This document shows, one piece after another, positions 14,631 through 27,867 of a DNA stretch of 64,000 bases. The stretch's first letter is position 1, and every line of letters begins with the position of its first letter. The notes under the pieces were generated by a model. It did no database searches. It was not told where the DNA came from and was given only the letters and a program-made list of their open reading frames with translations. The DNA comes from Octopus sinensis (Eukaryota), in the NCBI RefSeq assembly GCF_006345805.1, contig NC_043012.1, forward strand, positions 45,756,001 through 45,820,000. Direction: 5' to 3'. Position numbers and translations under genes: made by a program.

Positions 14631-17182
14631 TATATATGTACATATATGTACCCCCTATTTGTGTTTTCTATTGGGGTAATACTTCCCCGCTCCAAAGACT
14701 CGTATTTCGCCCAGTAAGTCGAAAATTGTTAAATTTACGGTGTGCTGAATTATTTGAAGATATTTATCAGATCATTCTTGAACATGGACATAGTGTGGTG
14801 ATTTATATCGTTTAAGATATGCCAATCCATTATCCCTAAGGAAGGCCAAATTATGAGGGAGCATGTGTTCACAGAACACCCACGATGAATATCCGGACGA
14901 AGACAGCCAGCATAGCTGAGTCGTAGCCCGCCATAGATACATCAAACGCTGGACTACATTTCTTTTTTAAATCTCAGTAGGAATCATTGTGGAACAGTCT
15001 AAACCTCCTAGGGTTCATTATCAATCTGAAATTGATTATTTTTGGTAAAGTTGCTTAAATAAATAAATAATTTGTTGTTTTACAGTTCACCTCGTTTGAT
15101 ACCGACACACACTAGCATACGAGCATAAAAGCACACACTCACACACACACGCAAACACACACAAACACACACACACAAAGACAAACAGACATACAGCATG
15201 GGACCACACACACAGACACACGCCCACACACAGACATAGACATAGACACACACAGACCCACACACATATAAGCGTTGATATTTGACTTGCAACAACATTG
15301 CTATTTCTCAAATAATCTTTACCAAAGCGTAAAGTGTAAATCAGAAAAACGATGATTCAATTAAAAAGATATAGAGAGAGTGAAATTTATTTCGGCATAA
15401 CTGTTTGGGAATCATTGATAATTTGTAACGCTTTTCTCATGAAATTCTTATTGAAGCTTTTGTTTTATTTTCTCACTCACACTTATATCTGGAATATTGT
15501 CATTGACCAACTTATACTTTCAAATGCGATGCCATTTTGAAATGTATGGAACCTGCAAAATTCTTCCCTTAATTTGTTTCACATTTAAATTTGTGATTTG
15601 TAAAATATTCAGTTTTTATGTTCTATGACTTTTTTAATGTTTTAATGTTTCAATATATTCCCTATTTTATGAAATTTATAATTACAATTCATAGATCATA
15701 ATACACGAATATTGTAGAAGTGTAAACTAATTTAAATAGAAATTTTGAAGGGGTAAATTATTGTTTATCATCCATTGTATCTGAAACAGCTTCCACACTT
15801 TGTTTTAACATTTGATTTTTCTGAAACGAGAAATTTTAATAACGACTGCGGACCAATATATGCTGTTTAAATATTTTATGTGAAATGTAATTGTCTCTGT
15901 ATGTTTACAAATGTTGTTCAACGCTTTATTTTAAAATGATTTAATATTAATCTATAGAAATTTAAATGTGAAGAAAAATGAATGAATAATCTTATTTCTT
16001 TCGCTGTATTGGAAACTTTTCGGAGATATGATCTCTAAATGAAGAAAATATTAATAATTTATTTACATCCGAGACAGCTCAGTTACTGTACAATATTATC
16101 TTCCAAATTTTTCCAGGATCTCGAAAGTTATTGCTTGGCTTTTGCTACTTACCGTGATGTTTGCATGGAAAAATAACACTTTCTGGAAAACTACATTGAA
16201 ACAAGAAACAGCTTCAAGATCTCCAGCCAAGAGGCTGGTAGAACTATCTATCACTTAATAAGTAGGCATAATACTCAATAACTGAGAACAAAAGTCTTAT
16301 TAACCAAGTGAATATATTAGGGGTCAAATATATATAATAGAAAAAGTGATCAAGAAGAATAGTTTTCATAAGTTTAGTAGAAGGTGATTTATTTTTATGA
16401 AGAGAAGTAATTAAGAAGAGTAAATTACTCAGGTTATGTAGATAGTGAAATGTTATTAATGAATTAAAATATCTTGATTATAATCACCCCATGGATTTAT
16501 ATGGACAACACCATACAAAATTCTGGTGCATCTAACTTAAGTACCATATTCATTTGAATCTAAAGTTTGCTGAACTTATATATATATATACATTCTTAAA
16601 CTAAACCATTCTGGTACTACCAACAGCGCAACACCACAGAAAACATAAAATACCAGGCAGAACAAGAATAAAAACAATATCATACATATAGAATTTATTT
16701 ATGCCGCGTAAAACATTAAAAGTATAGTACAGTCAACGAAGGGCTTCAGAGTAAAGAGTGGGACAATCATCAACGCATCTGTATAAATGATCTAGAATGA
16801 CAAAACCCATGAATAAATTCTTGGATTACCATACCAACTGTCAAATAAAATGTAAGAACATTTGGGAAAAAATCTATTGCGCGCTGGGGTAGGAGCTAAC
16901 GATTATGTATGTGAAGAACAAGTGAGATGTCAATCTTTCTCGCATTTCTTTAATTCCCTACTCATATCCCATTTCAATTCAAGCGCCTTCAGTTTTTATT
17001 CTGTTTTTACAACAGTCACCTCATCATTATATCTAGGGCTGCTGTAGTTGAAATTTAAAGTACATGCATCCCTCATTCGAGCAAGCATATATTTTATTCA
17101 TTACATTTTCTCTAGTTGGTGACAAGAAATGTTGTCAACCACACAACTATTATTTAATAATACACACATTTCTTTATAATTA

Positions 17183-18391
17183 TCAGGTCATCCAATAAGT
17201 TCTGTCCGAATTTTGAATAAAGAAAACAAGTGATCAAATGTTATATTTAATTGAAATTAATCATCAATGTACTTTCCCTGATTATCTATGACTTCCTTCC
17301 ATCTATTTACAAGCTTTTTAATTCCATCAATTTAAAACGCTTTTGGTTTCAAGAGCTCTGAAATGATTCTGTAAATAACGAAACAAATGGTAGTCTGAAC
17401 GACCAAAATCGGGAGAATAAGGTGGATGAGGAATTTCCTTCCCAATAAACCTCTTCGATCTACTGTGATGTGATCTTTGCAGTGTGGGGTCGCGCATTTT
17501 CCTGATAAAACATCACTCCTTTTCAATTCACTAAAGCGGGTCTTTTTGCTTCAAAGCTCGGTCCAAACGCTCTAATTACTGACAGTAGACATGAGCATTG
17601 ATTGTTGCATTAGTTGGTAACCATTCAAAGTGAATTGCTCGTTTACAATTCCACCAGATTTTTCCCACGAAGTTCCTTTCTCAGTTGTGGTTCAGCCTTT
17701 TCCCTTTTACCAAGCCACTGTTTATGAGGTTAAACATTTCGATAGAAAAGCCATTTTTCGTCACCAGTCACAAGTCTATCCAAACAGGATGGAATTAGTT
17801 CGCGAGAACGGAGAGAGCATATCACTTAGGGATATGCGGTTGCTTTCGGACAATTCATGAGGCAGCCATTTTCCAAGTTGTTGAAGATGACGATGAACAG
17901 TTGTATGGTTTGAACAAAGCTTTATTGACAATTATTCAACTGATAATGCAGGATCTTCTTCAAGTAATGCCTCAAGGAGCTTAATATCAAACTCAACTGG
18001 ACGTCCTGTTCGATCTTTATCTTCAAGGCTGAAATCTCCACTTCTGAATTTTGCAAACCATCTTCTGCAGTTTCTTTCATTCTAGCATTCTTTCCCATAA
18101 TCTGAGTGTACGTTTCGAGTTGCTTCGGCTGCAGAGTTTCCTTTTTTGTACTCATAAGGCATTTTGTGCCTCAAATGCTCTTTGGATACTTCCATGTTTG
18201 AAAGGGTTTTAATCAAAGTAATTTTTATGATATCAATCGTAAAATAATATTTTAAAATTATATTTAATTAGTTTAAAGGTACACTAATGCATACACATAA
18301 TTTTTAATTCCATTAGACATTATAAAATAGTATTAAATTTCATTCAGTTTTCAAAAAGGTAAAATCGGACAGAACTTATTGGATGACCTCA
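17183..18391 (-). mobile_element. Decayed mariner DNA transposon
   Basis: TIRs TCAGGTCATCCAATAAGTTCTGTCCGA (17183-) and its near-perfect inverse ending 18391, with TA on the left. Minus-strand remnants GKWLPHEL, LDRLVTGDEKWLFY, QENARPHTAK, PHPPYSPDFGRSDYHLF. Confidence 0.9.
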
Positions 18392-18789
18392 TGAAAGTAA
18401 ACATTGACATAAACATACAAATATTCTTTAGAATCCGTAGAAACGTCGAAATTTTCAGTTCTAGACATCTGTCACTACAACACACATATATACGCAAATG
18501 TAATTCCATTTAAAAGAAGCGGATAGAAACTTAGCACAGAGTTAGTCAGTTTAACGAAAGAACGCTACCAGATCTACTAATTCAGATCTCAGGTAATACT
18601 AAATGCATCTGCAAGCACACGCGTATATTCAAGCTTGAATAGTTGCATACGTGTATGCATACATACGTAATACATAAATATATATACCTACATGTATACA
18701 TACATTTATATATATCCATATATATGTATATACATATATGTATATTTTTGTGTATATATGTAGATATATGTGTGTATATATATATATAT

Positions 18790-18821
<32 letters not shown>

Positions 18822-18822
18822 G

Positions 18823-18901
<79 letters not shown>

Positions 18902-19063
18902 TCATACATATATATATAAACAACTTATAAATAAGGGCAAACGAAAAAATTCCTAATGCCAAATATGCCGAAAATTGGAATATTATCCATTACCATATAA
19001 TTTTTCACAATACGCAAGCTACTCGAAAAAAAAGCCGAGAGAAATTTCTAAAAAATTCCATTA

Positions 19064-19123
19064 TCACCATATCGGACCGATTTCAGGGTTAGTTCGTAAG
19101 AACCCTCCCTTCGTCAGTGATAA
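19064..19123 (-). ncRNA. Type-I hammerhead ribozyme motif
   Basis: UUAUCA CUGACGA AGGG..CCCU GAAA UCG-GUC-CGA U A UGGUGA. Stem I 6 bp (two G:U), stem II 4 bp plus extension, stem III 4 bp, AUA triplet. Confidence 0.78.
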
Positions 19124-19466
19124 ATGTGGTAAAGAAATAAATGAGATACTTACTCATACCCATGGAAGAAGCAAAACACTAAGTCATGAGCACAATTAAG
19201 TATGCCAAATACATCCAAAATAGAAATGCTCCAAGCCCATTCAAGACAAAATTCGAAAACATTTTATCCTAGATTAAATATAAATTTAACTGTTCACTTC
19301 CGGACTCTCTCACTCTGTGAGAGCCTCAGGTCAAATCGCACGTGTCTTGAATGGGCGGGACTATTTCTATTTTGGGTGCATTTGGGGTACTTAATTGTGC
19401 TCATGACTTAGTGTTTTGCTTCTTCCATGGGTATGAGTAAGTATCTCATTTATTTCTTTACCACAT

Positions 19467-19526
19467 TTATCACTGACGAAGGGAGGGTTCTTACGAACTA
19501 ACCCTGAAATCTGTCCGATATGGTAA
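19467..19526 (+). ncRNA. Type-I hammerhead ribozyme motif
   Basis: UUAUCA CUGACGA AGGG..CCCU GAAA UC-UGUCC-GA U A UGGUAA. Stem I 6 bp (one G:U), stem III 3 bp. Confidence 0.75.
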
Positions 19527-19908
19527 TAATGGTATTTTTTAGAAATTGTTCTCGGCTTTTTTTCGAGTAGCGTGCGTATTATGACAAATTATATGGTAAT
19601 GGACAATATGTCCACTTTTCGGCATATTTGGCATTAGGAATTTTTTCGTTCGCCCTTATTTATAAGTTGTTTATAATTTTAACCTTTAAAGGTATTTTTT
19701 AATATGCTGGTCATTGATAATTTTTTGTTTCAAAAAAATTTTATCTTTCATTAAGTATATACATATATATATATATATATACATATGCATACATACATAT
19801 ATTTATACGTAAATGTCGAACGATTAAATTGAATGCTAAATAACACATTAGCGGAGAGAATATTTTTTTTATTTGTGTTGAGCACTCATTCTCCTTGTCT
19901 GACATTTG

Positions 19909-19942
<34 letters not shown>

Positions 19943-19955
19943 ATATATTGTGAAG

Positions 19956-20297
19956 TAAATGTGGGTGACCCGTATGGGACGATGCTACTGAACTTTGTAG
20001 CCCGAGGTAGACATCTCCTCCAGCTGGCTAACAACACACTGTACGTGCTCGATCAGTATTTGCGAAAGGAAATTATTGTTCACATCTCTAGCCTAACACA
20101 AATACTATATGCTTTTTCCAGTGACAAAACGTCACTGATCTCAAAAAAGGAGAAACAAGCAATAATAAATCTTTGAGCGAGATGTAAACAGTAGCAGCAG
20201 CAGCAGTGAAGTATATTTGCCACCTAAATGTGGCTGACACGTATGGGACGATGCTTTTGTGGTTTATAGTCCCAGGAAGACATCGCCTCCAGATGGC
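19956..20297 (+). repeat. Diverged tandem pair of a structured ~80-nt repeat motif (also at 58161-58239 and 58432-58510)
   Basis: Shared TAAATGTGG...GATGCT...CC.AGG.AGACATC.CCTCCAG.TGGCTAAC. Confidence 0.7.
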
Positions 20298-20911
20298 TAA
20301 CGAAACACAATCTGTAATATACACACATTTTAAATTATTTTTAGAAGCAAAAATGAAGTATGTTATATAGACAACACATCGCTTTGACTTACAGTCGTAT
20401 TTCAAAACCATAATTAATGTATTAAACGTCCCCTACTATACCCGTAGATAAAAGCTTGACAGGTACTACCTTTCAGGAACAGAAAAGATCTTGGAATAAT
20501 AGTAATAAGAAGGTGATACCACGTCCCTACAACTCTAGAATTCCCGATCCGGAGGTGCCCCCTCCCCCCGGGTGCTGTTGATTATCATACAATAGACATT
20601 TGGACATAAGTACATGCATAATACACACACACACACACACACACATGCACGCATACACACACATGCGCGCGCACACACTCACAAACACATACACACACAT
20701 AAACACACAAACAATATAATGGAGAAAAGATAAAAGTCGAAATAGACAAGAATGCGTCTGGTCTGCACGACAGACTGATGGAAAAGAAAGATGATCATGT
20801 CAGGAAAAGAAGAAGAACGATGGTCACGTGTGAGCATATAATGATGAAAATAAATAATTATAAATATATGCATATATACATACATATATATGTACATGCA
20901 TACATTCATAC

Positions 20912-20982
<71 letters not shown>

Positions 20983-21319
20983 TATATATATATATTATAT
21001 ATATATATATATGCTTTTATGGTACATGATGTCACAAAACGTAAACAACATGAAATACAAAATACGAAAGCAACGTGAAGTACGAAGACACACTTGGATA
21101 TGCAAAGAAGGAGAGAAACAAATAGAAAACAAGACAAGTAACATAAAGAACGACCCTTCATCAGTTGTCTGCTGTCCGCCTGCACCTACTCAAGCGGCTC
21201 CATTTAATCGATCAATCCAAATATTACGTCAATTTGAAATAAACCGCTCTGCTTCGGTGCATAAGGCCATATAGGTTTTCAATATACAAGATGCTCCATT
21301 ATAATTTTGAGCAACTGGA

Positions 21320-21920
21320 TTAAGGCTCTTGGTATTGGCCACGTGTGATGATACTCTTCATTTCTGGTGCAGCAGCTATACGATAATTTCACAGAACGTC
21401 AATTACATATTTTCCTGTATCTGTGAGCTGCTGGAAAGTGATTGTTTAGGAGAGACAGGTATATTTTACCAATGTTAGTTTTATATTAAAGGGAAAGGGA
21501 GGGGCGAACCGAATAATTTTCCAATGGCCTATTTTTAGGTTTCTTATTATCCTGAATAATACCAGAGTGGTATGTACTACTTTATCTGTGATGCCATTAG
21601 ATCTATTATTAATATATTGATTATTATTAGAGGGATTATATATTAATTTATCTTTGAAGCCACTATTGGCTAGGGCCTTGTTGCAAAAGGGACAGCTTTC
21701 ACGAAAATATCTTTGGAAGAAAGATGTTAGAGATTCTGTTACTAATATTACCTATCAGGTTTTAAATAATACAGGTGGGTAACAAGACTGTTTATGTATA
21801 TTTACGAGTTTCCCATTTGGCTTATGGAAAAGTTTATAGGAGGTGGAGTTTAATCTAAGGAAACATCTAAATAATCAATTTAGAGAGATTAGTAGCTACT
21901 GTAACTTTAAGTGCTAATTG
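21320..21920 (-). mobile_element. Decayed Penelope-like RT C-terminal/linker remnant
   Basis: Minus-strand translation across shifts: YLDVSL..YKLFHKPN..IHKQSCYPP; ALANSGFKDKLIY; KIIRFAPPFPFNIKTNIGKIYLSLLNNHFP; SVKLSYSC. Confidence 0.75.
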
Positions 21921-22103
21921 ATTAGGGGTAGAAATTAGTTGCTTCCTAAATCTATGAGTGTGTGAGTCTCAGATCCATAGGAAATGCTCAAACCGTAACG
22001 ACGGCCTTCTATATGCGGCTTCTCAATTCTATGTGCAGCCTCCTCAATTTTGGGGGGTTTCTTCTATTATTCACTTTATTTAATCCATTATATTATGTGG
22101 TTT

Positions 22104-22158
22104 GCGCCTGACGAATATATGTTTAAGTCTTCTCAACATATGAAACTATTAGTAGCGC
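22104..22158 (+). ncRNA. Minimal type-I hammerhead motif (Penelope pLTR type)
   Basis: GCGC CUGACGA au AUAUGUU..AACAUAU GAAA CUA-u-UAG U A GCGC; GUA triplet. Confidence 0.72.
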
Positions 22159-22241
22159 TCCAATACATATATTGTGACTTTTAGATAAATGTTATATATA
22201 TATATAATATACATATATATATAATATATATATATATATAT

Positions 22242-22274
<33 letters not shown>

Positions 22275-23240
22275 ATTATTATATATATATTATATAATTA
22301 TTCAGATATATATGTATGTCTGTATGTATGTATATATATATATATGGAAAAAAAGTCAAGATAGAAAATGCTAAAATAATTTTATAAAAAACATTTCAGT
22401 ACCGGTTTCAGTCATTGAGACTTTTTCACCTGTAACAATTAAATAATTAAATTTAGAAAAATTAAAAGAAAAGTTTTTTAAACGAATATTTGTATAGTGT
22501 TCAAATGCAAGTGGCATTTTCCTTGCTTCTGCCTGTCTCTGTCTCTCTTGTTTACTCTTGTATATATGTATATATATACATGCGTGGGTGTTTGGATGGT
22601 AGTCCTGTACGTCCAGACTCTTTTCGTGGCCTTCTTGTATTCTATTCTGTTGAATGCTAATTGAAATATGATAACTACATGTTATTGTCCGACGTTTAGC
22701 ATTTGAACATTGATAGCTTGTATAACGATGGACGTTAAGATTCATTCCATCATACTGTGCTTTTCGAGAAATGTATGGTAAGATCATAAAAGATGTGCAG
22801 TGACATGAAAATATCCCCGGCACGGACGGTTGCGCACGAATACACACGTACACACACTCAAGACACATACATATGGATAGCTAAGGTAATTTAATGATTT
22901 ACTATAAAACATTTAAGTTCGAACACAAGACTAAAGGTATATTATAAATTTAGATGGTCCATCTGATACCTATAATCTTGCATATAGAACATGCGAAACG
23001 TATGACATATTCGGATTCGTTTGTGTGTATATGTGTGTGTGGAGAAGGAGGATGAGAGAGAGAGAGAGAGAACAGTATTCATAACAGCTTTCTTATCTAA
23101 GTTAACATAACTTTAAAAATTGTACAAGAAGTGCTTTAATAAAAATATGCCCACAGCCTTAGGGCTCAAGCGTAAAAAAGAATAAATATACACACATACA
23201 TACACAAGCATATATATACACACACACACACACACACTAT

Positions 23241-23320
<80 letters not shown>

Positions 23321-23321
23321 C

Positions 23322-23356
<35 letters not shown>

Positions 23357-23697
23357 TATATATATATAGATATATATATATAATATATATATTTAATCAA
23401 TATAGGGTGGCAAAAAATTCAGCAGAAATTATTTCCCACCAGCGGCCTAGTGGAAAAAATTAAATAGTCAGAGACTATTAATAAACTATTAATTTTGCTG
23501 CTATTAATTTTGCTGCTATATATATATGCATTTATATATGTTATTTAGTCAAGGAACCAAAGTCCCTTATGGGATGCATCCTAGTATTCCGGTTTTTACC
23601 ATAGGCAGGAATTTCTATGTATAAATTTGAATGTCTTGAAATAAATAATGTCTGTACGTCAAATTTTTCCAATTATCTTCATTTTCTCATATATATA

Positions 23698-23754
<57 letters not shown>

Positions 23755-23772
23755 ATATATATGTATGTTGTA

Positions 23773-23819
<47 letters not shown>

Positions 23820-23842
23820 GTATGTATATATATATATATATA

Positions 23843-23891
<49 letters not shown>

Positions 23892-24871
23892 CATAAATTT
23901 GTTTATGTGAGGATATAGAGGCACAAGTTCATAAAAAAGATAGATGAGAAATTTACGAATGAATACCAGATATTGAATAAGTCCATCATGTTAATGCTGT
24001 GCAAATTTCTTGCGTATTATCATGCAAAAATATAGTTTATGTATCAAGTTTACAAACGAACTTATCGTTGTTTCTTTATGTTTCTGCATCTCTGTAACCC
24101 AGACAATATTTACATTGACCTTTCTCCTCATAAATCTGGAAGATGAAAATTCAATTTCCATTTCTGTAGTGCTACGTGTTAAATAATGATTCAGCAAGCT
24201 ATCAGCAGAAAGTTTCCAGACGCATTTGTTCGAAAGAACTCAGAGGTTATTTTAATTATATTTGTGTATTTTACACTCTAAAAAGCCGTCTTTTCTTCAT
24301 TGAAAATAAAATTGTGAACCTATTACTTTCGCCCCTTTGGGCTCTTATCATTAAGTAAGTAACTAGGATTGTGGTTGTATTATATACTCACCATGTATCA
24401 ATTTTTATGTATTTAATTCTTTTTGCTTCATACGATATGTTTTTGTTTAATAGCATCGCATTATTTTTCTATGACCAAAGGCAGAAGGCCGTTTTGAATG
24501 CATGATAACGTTCGAAAGAAATGCCATTATTTTCTCGGAGTTGTGTAGCCGAGTCGAATTCCATTTCAAGTCACTTGACGAGATTCAGTAATGCGATAGG
24601 ACAATATGTACAATAGTTCGCTATATACAATAGTGTAATATACACAAGAGACAATAGGTATCTTTTTTTACAATACTTACAACTATACTGCTCGACATCA
24701 TTAAACGCGCTGTCATATGTTTCGTTTCTAATATAGCAGATATATATCGAATAAGTGTCTATCTAACTGCCTCTCTCTATCTCTTTCTCTTTATATATCT
24801 ATCAAACTATGAATCAATCGATCATTCAATCAATCTATCTCTCTCTCAATCGCTTTCTATCTATCTATCTA

Positions 24872-24904
<33 letters not shown>

Positions 24905-25059
24905 AGTTTGAGGTACAGTCCAACTGTATAGTACCTTGGGCAACACTCTTCTACTATAGCCTCGAGTTGACCAAAAACTTGTGGGTGTATTAGGTAGGCG
25001 GCGACTGAAAGAAGCCAGTCGTATATATATATATATATATATATTTAAATATAAATATA

Positions 25060-25405
25060 TTAAAGAATGGAGTTGAACGACGAATTAACAAAATTCCTTT
25101 ATTTTCGACATATGTTTCGAAGGCTGCATATTCCTAATTGCGAAGGAATAATGAGTATATTATGCCGCTTTCTCATCAGGAAAAGCAAGGAACTTATGTC
25201 AACATCAAGATGCACTATTTTTCACTATGGGCTCCGTGTGAGCAGTCATCGAAAAGATTTTGGGCATCTTGGTGTTGACATAAGTTCCTTGATTTTCCTG
25301 ATGAGAAAACGGCATAATATACTCCTTATTCCTTCGCAATTAGGAATATGCAGCCTTCGAAAATAAAGGAATTTTGTTAATGCGTCGTTCAACTCCATTC
25401 TTTAA
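25060..25405. mobile_element. 346-bp palindromic element with hammerhead-bearing arms
   Basis: Arms 25060-25213 and 25264-25405 with a 50-bp spacer. The left arm has 12 extra nt that complete the hammerhead. Confidence 0.88.
25102..25184 (-). ncRNA. Type-I hammerhead ribozyme motif with long stem II
   Basis: UUUUC CUGAUGA GAAAGCGGCAUA..UAUGCAGCCUUC GAAA CAUAUG U C GAAAA. Stem I 5 bp, stem II 10/12 pairs, palindromic stem III ACAUAUGU, GUC triplet. Confidence 0.85.
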
Positions 25406-25542
25406 TATATTTAAAAATACAAATTTCCACACGAAAGCACGTAACTTCAAACGTGTCTTCTCTGATGTAAATTTGCTACCCAGGTATCGGTTAACCGAAT
25501 TATCCATAAAAAGATAATTCGTTCAACTACTCAAATATTTAT

Positions 25543-25605
<63 letters not shown>

Positions 25606-25959
25606 GGGTGGTGTTTGTGTACGTGTGTAGGTTTATGTGTGTCACTTTCAGCATTTGTGTCTCTGTTTGTCCCCCACCGTTGCTTGACAACCGATGTTGG
25701 CATGTTCACGTGTCCGTAACTTAGTGTTTCCGCAAAAGAGACCGATAGAATAAGTACTAAGGTAACAACGAAAAGGTCCCGGGGCCGAGTTTTGCGTTTA
25801 AAAAATATTTTAAGGCGATGCTTCTGCATGGCCGCAATCAAAATGAATGAAAAAGTAAAGAATGAAAAATAGATATACGTATACAGGTATAGATATGTGT
25901 CTATATGGTGTGTGTATGTAAGTATATAATATATATAATATATATATACATATATACAT

Positions 25960-26014
<55 letters not shown>

Positions 26015-26028
26015 TATATAATCATATA

Positions 26029-26067
<39 letters not shown>

Positions 26068-26099
26068 CATACACACATACATACATGTATATATATATA

Positions 26100-26156
<57 letters not shown>

Positions 26157-26419
26157 GGAAATGAAGAAAATGCTGACAAAATAATTTAAGTAAGGGAGAG
26201 TGTATTTAATTAGGTGAAGTTCTTTACCGGTTGCGCATTGTTATGCTTATCAAAAGATATATTTTTAAGAGAGATAGAGTTCCTTTCTGATTTTTTTCTC
26301 TTATCTGTAAAGAACTTTCACCTAATTAAATACACTCTCCCTTACTTAACTTATTTTGTCAGTACTTTCTTCATTTCCTTTTTTTATATATCACAAATCG
26401 TTTTCCACATCTCCTTTTT

Positions 26420-26485
<66 letters not shown>

Positions 26486-26549
26486 CATGTGTTCTTTTAT
26501 TCCTTTATTGTTTAAGTCGTTTGGCTGCATCAGTTTAACACCAGGATTT

Positions 26550-26742
26550 ATTTCTTTTACTGAACTACCGAGCTCCGGTGATGTAAACACACCAACGTCC
26601 GCATACACCCCCCCCCCCACACACACACACAAGGCTTGGTCGTCCCGAGCTTATAGTAGAAGTCATCTCCACGAGGTGTCACACCCTGGGATTGAAGACA
26701 GAACCATGTGCAAGGGAGCCAAGCTTGTTACCATACAACCAC
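26550..26742 (-). mobile_element. tRNA-derived SINE (family 1), internally deleted and diverged
   Basis: GTAAACACACCA, CACAAGGCTTGGTCG, TATAGTAGAAG and GAACCATGTG match family 1. Confidence 0.6.
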
Positions 26743-26766
26743 AACATACTAATATGTGTGTCTGTG

Positions 26767-26825
<59 letters not shown>

Positions 26826-27663
26826 ATATATATATGTATATATACATACTAGGTATGGTATATGAATTCAGCAAGACTTTAGATTCAGATTAATATGTTA
26901 CTTAAGTTGAGGCACCAGAATTTAGTACAGTATTATCAATACAATTTCAAAAGAAGGTGATTAAAATCAAAATAATCACGAAGGATATCCGGAGGTAATG
27001 CAGTACGAACCTTTCAGGCAACTCCATTTAATTGAACAATGCAATCATTTCATTACATCAATTTAAAATATAGACCAACCTTCAGCTGCACAAAGACAGA
27101 GAATTTAATTAAAATTAGAACAAAAGGACACACTATAATTTTTACCTAAAATCTCCTAGAATTTAAGGAGATAGACAAAGAACAATAACATCGAGCGGAT
27201 CTGGCGAACGGACACGTTTAAGAAAAAATATTGCGGTACAAATCACATTTTCTGCAAGTATTAATCTTTAGGGATCTCGGTTTAGATTTCTAGAAATTTC
27301 TAATTCACTCATATCCATGACGATGCCACTATTACGCATATTATATTTCTGGACTGCATCCAATGTAAGGCGATTTCATTGTTTGGCCTGAATTCCATCA
27401 CAAATCAAATTCTGATCTTTCGGTTTCAGTGCATATACTTACATGTGTTGATGCATACACATACACATACATACACGCACGCACGCACGCACGCACACAC
27501 ACATACGCACACGCACGCACAAACAAATGCACACACACATACATAGAAAAGAAAAGAGAGAAATATGGACAAAATAATGCAAAGATCTTATTAAATTGAA
27601 GTTTTGATATCTCATAGAAAGTTTAAAAAACTTCATTTTTTTAAAGTCTTTAATAGTGGGCAG

Positions 27664-27867
27664 AAGGCGGTGAGGTGCCAGAATCGTTAGCACGCCGGGC
27701 AAAATTTCGTTTGTGCTTAACGTTCTGAGTTCAAATTCTGCCAGAGACGAATTTGTGTTTCATCCTTCCGTGTTCGACGAACTAAGTGCCAGTTGAGTGC
27801 TGGATCCGTTGTAATCGACTTCCCACTCCACTGAGCTTGGTAGTCTTGTGCCAAAATTGTGAAACAA
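27664..27867 (+). mobile_element. tRNA-derived SINE (family 2)
   Basis: AAGGCGG.GAG...AGAATCGTTAGCACGCCGGGC...GAGTTCAAATTC...TTCATCCTT...GTGCCAAAATT; homologous to 42894-43075. Confidence 0.75.

Larger units (their letters stand above)
18915..19675. mobile_element. 761-bp palindromic element; both arms carry a type-I hammerhead (inverted pLTR-like pair)
   Basis: Arms ~18915-19249 and ~19343-19675 are near-perfect reverse complements. Hammerhead motifs at 19064-19123 (-) and 19467-19526 (+). Confidence 0.85.
24910..25870 (+). mobile_element. Family-1 SINE split at its internal (TA)n by nested insertions
   Basis: 5' half 24910-25022 (CCTTGGGCAAC...CTGAAAGAAGCCAGTCG) and 3' half ~25640-25870 (TTTGTCCCCCACC...GACCGATAGAATAAGTAC...CATGGCCGC), separated by (TA)n, the 25060-25405 palindrome and ~130 bp of other sequence. 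Confidence 0.75.

Noticed and set aside
16117-16258. Polypyrimidine-AG followed by a short hydrophobic frame (ISKVIAWLLLLTVMFAW...)
   Set aside because: Short, unrecognised and expected by chance in 64 kb; needs RNA-seq.
18915-25405. Initial reading of the two palindromes as ordinary TA-flanked MITEs
   Set aside because: Not excluded, but the ends lack recognisable Tc1/mariner or piggyBac termini and the arms carry hammerhead folds, so they were reassigned.
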